The notes below the pieces were generated by a model. The model searched no databases and was not told the DNA's origin. It worked only from the letters and a program-made list of their open reading frames with translations. Source: Tubiluchus corallicola (lineage: Eukaryota; Animalia; Priapulida). From it: a stretch of DNA of 64,000 bases. Shown in pieces: positions 1 to 11,209 of the stretch (position 1 is the stretch's first letter; the number at the start of each line of letters is the position of its first letter). Location of the stretch: assembly GCA_030141605.1 (NCBI GenBank), contig JAQGDQ010000050.1:73971-137970 (forward strand). The letters are read 5' to 3'. The translations under genes were made by a program, and so were the position numbers.

Positions 1-1180
1 CCGTATTAGAGCACACTTGAACCATTATACTCATTACTCATGCTTACAGACTTGTTGACATTCTGTTCTGGACTTTGTATAATGAATATGTAATTGAAGG
101 TTTCACAGTTAACACTATTAATGAAATGTTGTATTCGCTACTAACAACATAATGTACGTACCAATGTAAATAAAACTACCTATTATATTATATGTAATGC
201 TAGCATTGTGTGTAAATAAAGATGATATATTACAGGAAGCAGTGCTCGTGATGCAATTCACTGTTTAGGTCAACTGGCACATCCAGTCACAGTATCATAA
301 AAAGAAAAACTCTTATCAAAAGTTTTAGGATAGAAAACGTTAATAACATATTACAAGTTTCATCTGGTCATCTTCAGTGAGCGATTATTATATAAATACA
401 AGCAAACGAAAAACTGTGTATAAGAGATGTAGAATTAGTGCACACAAATTGGATATTGAGAGAGGGTGGTATCATAAACCAAAAATACCTGCTCACCAAA
501 AGTGAAGACGTGATATTCAGACATGTATTAATATTTTGTGCAAAAGACCACAACTTGCAGAGCTATACTACTAGTTTTGCACCATATTAACAATGGAATG
601 ATTGTAAATTACAGAACTTACTACTGTTCTTTTGCACTCCATTGACTGACCTTACCTGCCAGATTACTTACTTAATTCTTCGAATGCACTTGGAAAAAGA
701 AATAATTTTAAGTTTTCATGTTTAAATTTAAGAAAACCAGTGATATAAGTTTGGAAAGGTTGTATCAGTTCAAGAGCTCTGTCCCTATACATGTTTCAGA
801 ATTTTATTAACAATGGAACGATCGCAAACTACAGAGCTTACTACTGTCCTTTTGCACTCCATTCAGAGACCTTCCCTGCCAGGGTACAGATACGCTGCAG
901 TAAAAAGAAATTCACCAATTGACCCAGTGAAGTTAAAATCGTATCTTGTTTTCATCTATTTATAGTGAAATTTCAAGTGGCAACAGCAATTTTCAAATTT
1001 TTTTTAAACTCTGTAAATATGAAACTCCCAACATTTCAAAAAATGCATCCTTAGACATTTGTCTTCAGTTACATTTGCTATATTTCTTTAAAACACACAG
1101 ATTTTAAAAGTATATGAAGTTCTACTAATAGAATATCGCCAAAACTTATCTGAAATGGCCCAGTTTTCGATGTGGTTTTA

Positions 1181-1393
1181 TCAAGATTTCTTTATCTTGC
1201 TACGTTTAATTAGTTTGCACAAAGCTCCTTTATGAGTCTTCAAATGCAAATGTAAACCATCGCTTCTAGTAAAAGCAGAATCACATTTTGGATAATCACA
1301 TTTATATGGCTTTTCTTTTGTGTGAACACTTCTTCGATGACGTGTTAAGTGACCTGCGTGAGCAAAAGCAGTATCACAGTCTTTGCACTTATG
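1181..1393 (-). pseudogene. Orphan C2H2 zinc-finger coding segment (two fingers); 5'-truncated gene, or terminal exon with no visible upstream partner
   Basis: HKCKDCDTAFAHAGHLTRHRRSVH-TKEKPY-KCDYPKCDSAFTRSDGLHLHLKTH: two canonical C2H2 fingers with a TGEKPY-type linker, stop at 1181. The ORF-track start at 1414 is TTG, not ATG, and lies inside the last minisatellite copy. Confidence 0.7.
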
Positions 1394-1395
1394 AC

Positions 1396-2730
1396 TGGGA
1401 CTGTATATTATCAATAATGTCGTTTATATAGACAATAAACAAGAATGGGCCTAGGACAAAGCCCAAAGTGTAATCAGGACTAGGACTGTGACTCTATATT
1501 ATGAATAATGTCGTTTATATAGACAATAAGCAAGAATGGGCCTAGGACAAAGCCCAAAGTGTAATCAGGACTAGGACTGTGACTCTGTATTATGAATAAT
1601 GTCGTTTATATAGACAATAAGCAAGAATGGGCCTAGGACAAAGCCCAAAGTGTAATCAGGACTAGGACTGTGACTCTGTATTATGAATAATGTCGTTTAT
1701 ATAGACAATAAGCAAGAATGGGCCTAGGATAAAACCAACAGTGATATCAGGACCAGGACTGTGACTCTATATTATGAATAATGTCGTTTATATAGACAAT
1801 AAGCAAGAATGGGCCTAGGATAAAACCAACAGTGGTATCAGGACCAGGACTGTGACTCTGTATTATGAATAATGTCGTTTATATAGACAATAAGCAAGAA
1901 TGGGCCTAGGATAAAACCAACAGTGATATCAGGACCAGGACTGTGACTCTGTATTATGAATAATGTCGTTTATATAGACAATAAACAAGAATGGGCCTAG
2001 GACAAAGCCCAAAGTGTAATCAGGACTAGGACTGTGACTCTATATTATGAATAATGTCGTTTATATAGACAATAAGCAAGAATGGGCCTAGGACAAAGCC
2101 CAAAGTGTAATCAGGACTAGGACTGTGACTCTGTATTATGAATAATGTCGTTTATATAGACAATAAACAAGAATGGGCCAAGGACAAAGCCCAAAGTGTA
2201 ATCAGGACTAGGACTGTGACTCTGTATTATGAATAATGTCGTTTATATATACAATAAGCAAGAATGGGCCTAGGATAAAGCCCAAAGTGTAATCAGGACC
2301 AGGACTGTGACTCTGTATTATGAATAATGTCGTTTATATAGACAATAAGCAAGAATGGGCCTAGGACAAAGCCCAAAGTGTAATCAGGACTAGGACTGTG
2401 ACTCTGTATTATGAATAATGTCGTTTATATAGACAAGAAACAAGAATGGGCCTAGGATAAAACCAACAGTGATATCAGGACCAGGATTACCACTGTATAA
2501 TTATTATATATTATTATAAATGATGTTGTTTATATTGAAAATAAACAAGAAAGGGCCTAGGTAGAGCCCAGAGTGATATCAAGACCAGGACTGGCACTGT
2601 ATATTATAAAGAATGTCGTTTATACAGACAAGAAAGAAGAAAGGGCCAAGATTGCTACTGTATATTATGAATAATGTCATTTATATAGACAATAAATAAG
2701 AACGGGCCTATGATAGAAACATGAGAGATA
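1396..2730 (-). repeat. 91-bp tandem minisatellite (12 near-perfect plus ~3 degenerate copies) derived from LINE reverse-transcriptase coding sequence
   Basis: AAGAATGGGCC recurs at 1441, 1532, 1623 ... 2351, 2442 (period 91). The minus strand of a unit reads VLGPFLLIVYINDIIHN, matching the non-LTR RT motif GS(V/I)LGPLLFLIYIND. Confidence 0.93.
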
Positions 2731-3400
2731 TCAGCAACAGGACAAAGAATCTGATCAAATACCATAACAACTTGTCGACTATAGCCAGATGAACAAGAAG
2801 CTAGCCAACTTACTAAGTGATCACTGAATCCAAACTGGGTTAATTTAAATGTGAAACCTCTTTGACCGTCCTTGTCGAAAGCTTTACTTATGTCAAGAAA
2901 AGTCAGCTTTACTGCCTGTACCTCATAACTAGTGTTTAGATCAGAGTATGTTTTATGACAATAGACACCAATTGATTGACTTTACTATCAACTGGAACTG
3001 GCTTGCACTGGTTCAAAATATTGTTGTCATTAAAGTTCTTTATACACAATCCTCTCAAATAAATTAGAGAGGGTCGTGCCAAGATTCATCCATTTTTGAT
3101 ATTTGGTCTCTACTTTCCCCTATGCCCCTACAAAATTAAATGTCAGTTTTCTACAAATGTTTTTTAGCTGCAGCCTCAATAAGCCTCCCCATCTCCTAAT
3201 TTCCATGACTATTGAAAATTAGATAAAGTTTGGAAGAGAAGCAACTAGTGAACTTAATGTATTCTGCTATATAAGAAGCCAAGTAAATTTGATGTTGGTT
3301 TAACATGTAGAGTATAGGTGACCTTTGCATGAATTAATGTACCTTCCAATAGGAACTTGTATGTCTGGTCATGTGATTAGAGCTTTATTCTCCCAGGCAT
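2650..3400 (-). mobile_element. Decayed non-LTR retrotransposon (CR1/L2-group-like) ORF2 RT fragment
   Basis: Collinear minus-strand motifs with stops and frameshifts: LIFNS, LFERIVYKEL, NDNNILNQ, LTFLDISKAFDK (~2872-2908), FKLTQFGFSDHLVSWLAS, SIIGPFLFIVYINDI (~2675-2720). Confidence 0.85.
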
Positions 3401-4059
3401 GCAAGTTCCAGTTGGTCTTGAGATAGCATTTGGAGAGGTTGAAAATTTTCTACTGTAGTGGTATCATAATGTGTCATAAAAGTTTATAATCTGTAAACAT
3501 TGTACATTTTGCAATAAAATTGTTACAAGTTTTTTAACATATATATATATATATTGTATATTACAGAGAAACCAGCTTTATACCAAATAATGAATAATTC
3601 ACTTTGTAGTAATTGTCTAACATTTTAAAACTGTTACTAATATTACTACATGATGTTCTATACTGTTTCTTAAATAGCATTATATATATATATATATATA
3701 TATTAGTATATTACATAACTGTTTTTATTTGAACTTTTATAAGAAACCGGGGATACACAGCAGATTTTTTAACACAAACCACCAAAATACTAGTTAAAGG
3801 AAGTTTAAAAATCATTTATTTTAATCAGAGTTCTTTTCACATGTCTATTACTTAATCTTATTTTTGTTCATTTATTTTTTATTTGTGAATGCTGTTACAA
3901 AACGGTTTGGGAACTTATTGCACGAGTTGTTGAGAGTTAACTTGTAAGATGAGTTGCTAAGTCTTTCATATGTACAACTTTTACTATCAGAGAGAAGTTG
4001 CTCAACAAGTTTAGCGAGAGATCTCCACATCTGAATGTGCCATAACATTGACGAAACAT

Positions 4060-4320
4060 GGTTCTGCAATAAAATTCGTACAGTTCTACACCTGTGCCAT
4101 GCAAGAATAAATTCTGTTCACTGCTACATTCATGCTTTGCAAAAATACGTTCGGCATACTTTTACACTCCTGCATTGCAAGAATAAATCCTGTATACTTC
4201 TACACTCATGCTTTGCAAGAATAAATCATGTATACTTCTACATTCATGCTTTGCAAGAATAAATCATGTATACTTCTACATTCATGCTTTGCAAGAATAA
4301 ATTCTGTAAACTTCTACACT
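4060..4320 (+). repeat. Degenerate 38-bp tandem repeat upstream of protease copy 1 (diverged counterpart at ~6700-6920)
   Basis: CTTTGCAAGAATAAAT recurs at 4211, 4249 and 4287, with more degenerate copies upstream. Confidence 0.8.
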
Positions 4321-4987
4321 CTGATGTCATCTCATTAATGACGTCTGCTTCTGCTTTTTCAAGTGTTGCAGCGCTGTATTATGACGTCACATAGAATCTG
4401 TCTGTTCTTCATTTTCAAGAGTTCTTTCTTCTACAGCTTGTGCAGTCTATGGATCCAGCTACATTAGCCATTGCAACTTCTATATTTTTTAATTTCTGTG
4501 TTTTACAAACAAAAAAGCTTTGCTGGCATTACTTGACAACTATAGAGTTTTGTATTCGTCGCTGATTCAGGCGAATATTTTTGGACATTTTGAGATTTTC
4601 ATTCAAAATTCACTTGTAGAATGTGCTCAAGCCCAAACCTAGACCTGCAGGATCAGGTATCGATGTAATCGACTCTCATTTGGACAGATGCATACAAGTA
4701 ACCGTATCTTTTACCAAATGTGTAACATAATTAATTTGAAAACAGTTGATTAACAATAATTCTCTCAAATGTTGTGAATCCAAGCGGCTTTTGTTAATAG
4801 TAGAACGTAACAAACTTTGTTCAACTAAAACGTTTAAACGATCAGTACAAATTGAACAATTAACCAAAGTCACGTCCTTGAGGGAAAAATACGCTTTTCG
4901 TGTGTATGATACTTTGACAGTTCTCGGTAAGAGCTGGGTGTGTTATGGTGCCATCAAAATACTTAGCCTCGACGACTGAAAGCCTAC

Positions 4988-5943
4988 ATGAATTTAGTTG
5001 TCGGTGTTTTGTTTGCGTGTCCCACGTGGTTCATGTTATGTGAAAGTCTGTCTACATCATCTACACCTTCTAGAGTTCCATCTGACAATGCTTCAAGATG
5101 GCCAGCTGAACCAAGGATTGAAGGTGGGCAGGTAGTAATAGGAAGGGAATTTACATATTTGGTAGGATTTTTTTCAATAGGGGTGTTTCTATTTGTTCAG
5201 GCTTTCTAATAGATAACTTGTGGATATTGACAGCAGCTCACTGTGTTTTAGATGAAAGTGTAGGAGAACAGACGAAAATTTACATGGGAAGCAATAACTT
5301 GTTTGAGACAAGAGTAGAACGTTGGATGTCTTGGTACAAGATGCACCCAGGTTTTGATGCTAACATGATTTTTGATGAGAATATGAGTTACGTTAGTGAG
5401 CATGATATTGCTTTAGTTCGAATGAATGAGCCTGTTAAGTTTACTGATGATCTTCAACCTGCCACTCTGCCTGCTTGCTACAGAAGTCACTATCGCAATG
5501 AAGAAGTTACAATAGTTGGATGGGGAGAAGAAGGGTTGCCAGGCTCAAAGACAAAGGCATCACTAACAGTATATACTGATGGCAGATGTAGTCCAGTTAA
5601 CTCAACTGTTCTTATTTGTGCATATCATACAGGGCGTAGTCTTACTCCAGGTGATTCTGGAGGACCAATGATATTAACAAGCACAGGAGAGGTAATTGGT
5701 GTATCGTCTAGTGGTTACGATGACATTGTGAGAATGAATTTGGCTGTAAAGATTTCTTATTATTTGGACTGGATCGATTCTGTGAGGTATTATGGTAATA
5801 GATTAGTTGAAAGTGATGCACATGCAACATGGCATAGGTCGGTAAATGGCGTAGCTCCAGTTCGTGATGTGAGAATGATAGTATGTATGTTTTCACTGTA
5901 CAAGGGATTAGGCAGTGTCTTGGAGTCTACAATACTTAAATGA
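4988..5943 (+). pseudogene. S1-family serine protease copy 1, 1-nt frameshift in a T homopolymer (pseudogene or sequence error)
   Basis: ORFs 4988-5209 and 5218-5943 join into a full paralog of 7307-8263 if one T is added: T7 at 5168-5174 versus T8 at 7487-7494. IEGG, TAAHC, HDIAL and GDSGGP are all intact. Confidence 0.8.
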
Positions 5944-7306
5944 GTTACAACGTTGCAAGAATAGCAGTTATGACATATTTCGTTGCTGTATGATGACTCC
6001 AGTAAAATTATAACCAACTTTTAATGGAAGTAACTTAAAGTTTAAAGTTATTTTCTGCTAATTATCACATCTACTTTGGCAGGTTTGTCACAGTGTTAGG
6101 TAAACAGTTTATTGTTGCTGTTTGCTTGTGATTTCTGGGCTTAGGGACAGGAGTGTTTTAATCTATAGCTACTTTTTATATCAAAATTTTATATGAAATA
6201 TTGATATAAATTTGATTGTAATGTTTGAGAAGCTTAGCTTCAAACAAAACGCTCCATGTAAGTTCCTTAAACACCATATAGCTTGAAAGAGATTATCCAT
6301 AAATGATTGTATAATTGTTTTACGAAATTCTGTTGTATCAGTCGCTGAAGTATCTGCTGATTTACACGTTTTCTTCTTTTTGTTCAGCTCCGGCACAAAC
6401 TTGGTAACCCACATCCTTTTGTACTGCAGTTTATCTGATCTACACTAAAATCTCTGCTCTTTCACTTTTTAAATAAAAATCCAAACACTCAATTACACAA
6501 CTTTAAATCACTGAGGGCAGCAAAATTTCGTCTTATGCTCTCCACCTGAAAATCCTACCAGTAGAATATTCATGTAGGAACTTCAGTCGACGTAAAAAGG
6601 AACTTGTAAGAAAAGTTGTGAAGCCTTTCATATGTGCAACTTTTTCTATCAGAGAGAAGTTGCTCAACAAGTTGCCATAATATTGATGAAACATGTTTCT
6701 GCTAACAAAATTCGTACAGTTCTACACTGGTGCTCTGCAAGTATAAATTCTGTATTTTTCTCCCCACACATATCATACACTCGTGCTTTACAAATTACAA
6801 TAGAGAATTCTCTATACTGGTTATACTTGTTACACTCACGCTCTGAAAGAATAAATTCAGTATACTTTTTCGCTAGAGCTTTGCAAAAATAAAATCTGAA
6901 CACTTCTACACTCGTGCTCTGATGTCATCTCATAAATGACGTCACTTCTTCTTTCATGTTCTGCGTTTCTCTATTATGACGTCAAATAGAATCTGTCTGT
7001 ATTTTTATTTTAAAGAATTCTTTCTTATGCAGCTTGTGCAACTTATGAATCCAGCCATTAACCATTATGGCGACTTTTTTATTTTGTTTAATTTCTGCCT
7101 TGTTCATACAAAAAAAACTTTGCGAGTATCAGTGACAAATATTGATTGAAGTTATTGAGATTTTTTATTCAAAGTTCACGTGTAGAAGCCCAGCCTATAA
7201 TGAAGGATTAAGACATGATGTAATGATGAATGTTGACAGTTCTCGGTAGTAACTGGGTGTGTTATGGTGCCATCAAAATACTTATTCTTGAGGACTGAAA
7301 GCCTAC

Positions 7307-8263
7307 ATGAATTTAGTTGCTGGTGTTTTGTTTGTGTGTCCCACGTGGTTCTTGTTTTGTGAAACTCTGTCTACATCATCTACACCTTCTAGAGTTCCAT
7401 CTGACAATGTTTCAGGATTGCCAGCTGAACCAAAGATAGAAGGAGGACAGAAAGTAACAGGGAGGGAATTTACATATTTGGTTGGATTTTTTTTCAATAT
7501 GGGTGTTTATATTTGTTCAGGCTTTCTAATAGATAACTTGTGGATACTGACAGCAGCTCACTGTGTTTTAGATAAAAGTGTAGGAGAACAGTCGAAAATT
7601 TATATGGGAAGCAATAACTTGTTTGAGACAAGAGTAGAACGTTGGATGTCTTGGTACAAGATGCACCCAGGTTTTGATGCTAACATGATTCTTGTTGAGA
7701 ATATGAGTTACGCTAGTGAGCATGATATTGCTTTAGTTCGAATGAATGAGCCTGTTAAGTTTACTGATGATCTTCAACCTGCCACTTTGCCTGCTTGCTA
7801 CAGAAGTCACTATCGCAATGAAGAAGTTACAATAGTTGGATGGGGAAAAGAAGGGTTGCCAGGCTCAAAGACAAAGGCAGCACTAACAGTATATACTGAT
7901 GGCAGATGTAGTCCAGTTAACTCAACTGTTCTTATTTGTGCATATCATACAGGGCGTAGTCTTACTCCAGGTGATTCTGGAGGACCGATGATATTAACAC
8001 GCACAGGAGAGGTAATTGGTGTATCGTCTAGTGGTTACGATGACATTGTGAGAATGAATTTGGCTGTAAAGATTTCTTATTATTTGGACTGGATCGATTC
8101 TGTGAGGTATTATGGTAATAGATTAGTTGAAAGTGATGTACATGCAACATGGTATAGGTCGGTAAATGGCGTAGCTCCAGTTCGTGATGTGAGAATGATA
8201 GTATGTATGTTTTCACTATACAAGGGATTAGGCAGTGTCTTGGAGTCTACAATACTTAAATGA
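7307..8263 (+). CDS. Secreted S1 (chymotrypsin-clan) serine protease zymogen, intronless, 318 aa
   Basis: Hydrophobic signal peptide, propeptide ending K|IEGG, catalytic motifs TAAHC, HDIAL and GDSGGP, plus VGWG and a ~50-aa C-terminal extension. Confidence 0.92.
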   Translation: MNLVAGVLFVCPTWFLFCETLSTSSTPSRVPSDNVSGLPAEPKIEGGQKVTGREFTYLVGFFFNMGVYICSGFLIDNLWILTAAHCVLDKSVGEQSKIYMGSNNLFETRVERWMSWYKMHPGFDANMILVENMSYASEHDIALVRMNEPVKFTDDLQPATLPACYRSHYRNEEVTIVGWGKEGLPGSKTKAALTVYTDGRCSPVNSTVLICAYHTGRSLTPGDSGGPMILTRTGEVIGVSSSGYDDIVRMNLAVKISYYLDWIDSVRYYGNRLVESDVHATWYRSVNGVAPVRDVRMIVCMFSLYKGLGSVLESTILK

Positions 8264-11209
8264 GTTACAACGTTGCAAGAATAGCAGTTATAACATATTT
8301 CGTTGCTGTATGATGACTCCAGTAAAATTATAACCAACTTTTAATGGAAGTAACTTAAAGTTTAAAGTTATTTTCTGCTAATTATCTCATCTAATTTGGC
8401 AGGTTTGTCACAGTGTTAGGTAGGCAGTTTATTGTTGCAGTTTGCTTTGTGATTTCTAGGCTTAGGTACAGGAGTGTTTTAATCTATAGCTACTTTTTAT
8501 ATCAAAATTTTATATGAAATATTGATATAAATTTGATTGTAATGTTTGAGAAGCTAAGCTTCAAACAAAACGCTCACGTAAGTTCTTTAAACACCATATA
8601 GCTTGAGATAGATTCTCTATAAATGATTGCATAATTGTTTTACGAAATTCTGTTGTATCAATCGCTGAAATATCTGCTGATTTACGCGTTCTCTTTTTTT
8701 TGTGCAGCTCCGGCACAAACTAGGTAACCCACATCCTTTTGTACTGCAGTTTATCTGATCTACACTAAAATCTCTGCTCTTTCACTTTTTAAATAAAAAT
8801 CTAAACACTCAATTACACAACTTTAAATCACTGAGGGCAGCAAAATTTCGTCTTAATGGGACATGGCAAACAACTATACTGGTCTCTGCTATTCCTCTCT
8901 ACATGAATTACTAGCAGGTACATAGGAGTTGCTGTGAAGTAGAATTAATCTTAAATTTCAGCTTTCTGTCAAAATGAATCACATTGTCCTTTATACTGTT
9001 TACCTTTCAGCTGTGCAAGACTAACTTGAAGTAATTACGTCATTGGAAATATGAAACCACTAAGCAAATGCCAAAGTGTTTAACACAGATATAGAGTAAC
9101 CACACATGACAGAAGAATAAGATGATTAAAGTCATCTAATGGGTTTAATCGATTTCTTACGGTATCTATTACAACTTTAGAGAAAGGGTAGACGCTTAAG
9201 GTAATCAGGCAAATTGGTTTAGGTTAACTTTTACTTCTATTACTGTTATATCACTCACCTTTTATCATTCAATTTTCTACAATTCTGAGAAGAGCATTTT
9301 CAATATTTAATTACCAAGATGGCATAGATGGAAGTTTGTTGTTTGCATCAAATCGTTGTGATTCTCTGTCTGTCTATCTGTCCGTCTGTCTGTTTGTCTA
9401 CCTATCTATCTACCTGAATAATTTAGTGTACTGCCGATTAGTATTGCAATTTTAGTGATCTCGTAAATCTGTGTTATGTGTTTGTTGTAGTTTTAATAAA
9501 AAATAAATTCTCAAAAAAATTAAATAAGAAATAAATAAAAATATATCTCTTTTTAATTGCTGTTACTAGGTTCACTTCCATCGGGTCATTGTGCTTTTAC
9601 CAATCCAATTACTACATTATTATATATTGTAAAAGCACAAGCATAATTGTTACTGTCTTGTGATTATATTGTATTATAAATTTTCTTTATAACGCGCAAC
9701 TATGATATGTCTTTTGCTGGTGAAATAAATTAAATTACTAAAATAGACTGCAATCCGCTAGTTTTGTAACTAGAATGTACATGCATAGCAAGATTAAAGA
9801 TGGTGTCGTCAGCTGTCCAACGTCCATGACTGCGTCTAATACGCGTGTGTTGTTAAATGCAAGATAGCGATCAAGATGAAACATGTGACACTCTTGTTAA
9901 AACAACTTTTCATATTTAGAGGATGCTTTTACACATGGAAATTAAGATCTCAAAGCAGTAAGTCGTCACATAACATAGGCTCAAAGACGCCTGCTCTAAT
10001 TTGCAGTGAACCACATTTTTTACAAAAACTGGTTCAGTATATCTGTCTTCTCGAATGAGTTAAGCATTCTCAAGAGCCGAGCCTGGGTTCCCTGGAATAT
10101 ACACTCGATCACGTTCCAACGTTGTTTGACTACTTGCTCTGCGGGAAGAATACGGGTTTCAAAGTACGAATTACTCGATAAATCAGAGACCATTATTTAG
10201 CGAGGCAATAATTAAGTTATATAGTAACCAGCGGTGAGTAGGTCAAGTGAATGTAAATTTGAGCTGCATAACAGTGTAATCTGACCACAGGAATCACCTA
10301 AGCATAATTTCAGTAAGACTTGGAAGTACCATAGTGTGTCACTTTGATGTTTATTAAGGAAGGAAGTCATTCCAATCTATTAACCATTGCTGAGTTAGGA
10401 GAATCTGTGGGTGGCGGTTCTGGCTTTTTACAGTTATTCAAAATTTAATAATGTAATGTGTGATGCAATAGTGTAACATAGGGCTACAGTTGCAAGCCAT
10501 AACTGAAAAAGTGATCATTAACAAGAATTATAATTAAAGTACTTTTGCTATTAACGTAACACTGTCTTCACATATGGTTGGTAGCAACATGCATGTCACA
10601 ATTAATAACCCGTCTAACATTACCACGACTATGAACATTTTCGTTGATGCTGATTCGCCCTGTTATTTGCCAGTACCTTCATGCCAAAAAGCCGGCGTAG
10701 AAGCCCCGACAGGGCGACAACTTATGCCTACTTTTCATACCTTGTCTATAGAGCGTTCCACAATTTCTACAAACGGCACGGCGTTCAATTTTTTGCAACT
10801 TGATGAAAGTTTGTTCGCGTGTTATCGTGACCCCTCATGGTGTCTTAAAACAATGGCAGAAGACATTATTAACATGTACTTACTACTCACATGTATTATC
10901 ATAAACTTCTGAGAAGGTCTTAGTTTGTATTAACTCTTGTATGAATTTTGCTGCGCTTTTGTAACAAAATTTAATTGAAACGAATATTTGTTCTGCACTG
11001 AACTCTGAAATTGTAATCTTTGCAGTTCTGCTTCTGTCAACCAAAATTATACTGCAGTACGAAATTAAAAGCTCTTTCCTTCAAACAATCCGCGAGATTA
11101 TATATTATAGCAAGCACAGTAGTGCAATCGTTCCCAAGAAATCTAAAGATGTTATTACAGATGTCCATCTTTGAAACGTGTTGACAGTGTCTTAACCAAA
11201 CAGGTTAAA

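Larger units (their letters stand above)
3984..8855 (+). repeat. Tandem segmental duplication carrying the protease gene (unit 1 ~3984-6535, unit 2 ~6646-8855)
   Basis: Both units start CTATCAGAGAGAAGTTGCTCAACAAGTT and end GCAGCAAAATTTCGTCTTA. CDS and ~590 bp downstream are nearly identical, the upstream parts are clearly more diverged, and unit 1 has extra sequence at ~4660-4915. Confidence 0.9.

Noticed and set aside
1396-2730. CRISPR-like look of the 91-bp array (constant part plus variable part)
   Set aside because: The variable segments are two related variants, not unique spacers; there are no cas genes; the context is eukaryotic and the unit is explained by LINE RT sequence.
6181-6414. 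77-aa minus-strand ORF in the duplicated 3' flank
   Set aside because: No recognisable domain, and the paralogous segment has indels and substitutions that do not preserve it.
5708-8337. Antisense ORFs over the protease genes (5708-5896, 5790-6017, 8028-8216, 8110-8337)
   Set aside because: Shadow frames, repeated only because the gene is duplicated.
10574-10912. 112-aa ATG ORF as a gene or synaptotagmin exon 1
   Set aside because: No recognisable motif and no strong phase-1 donor.
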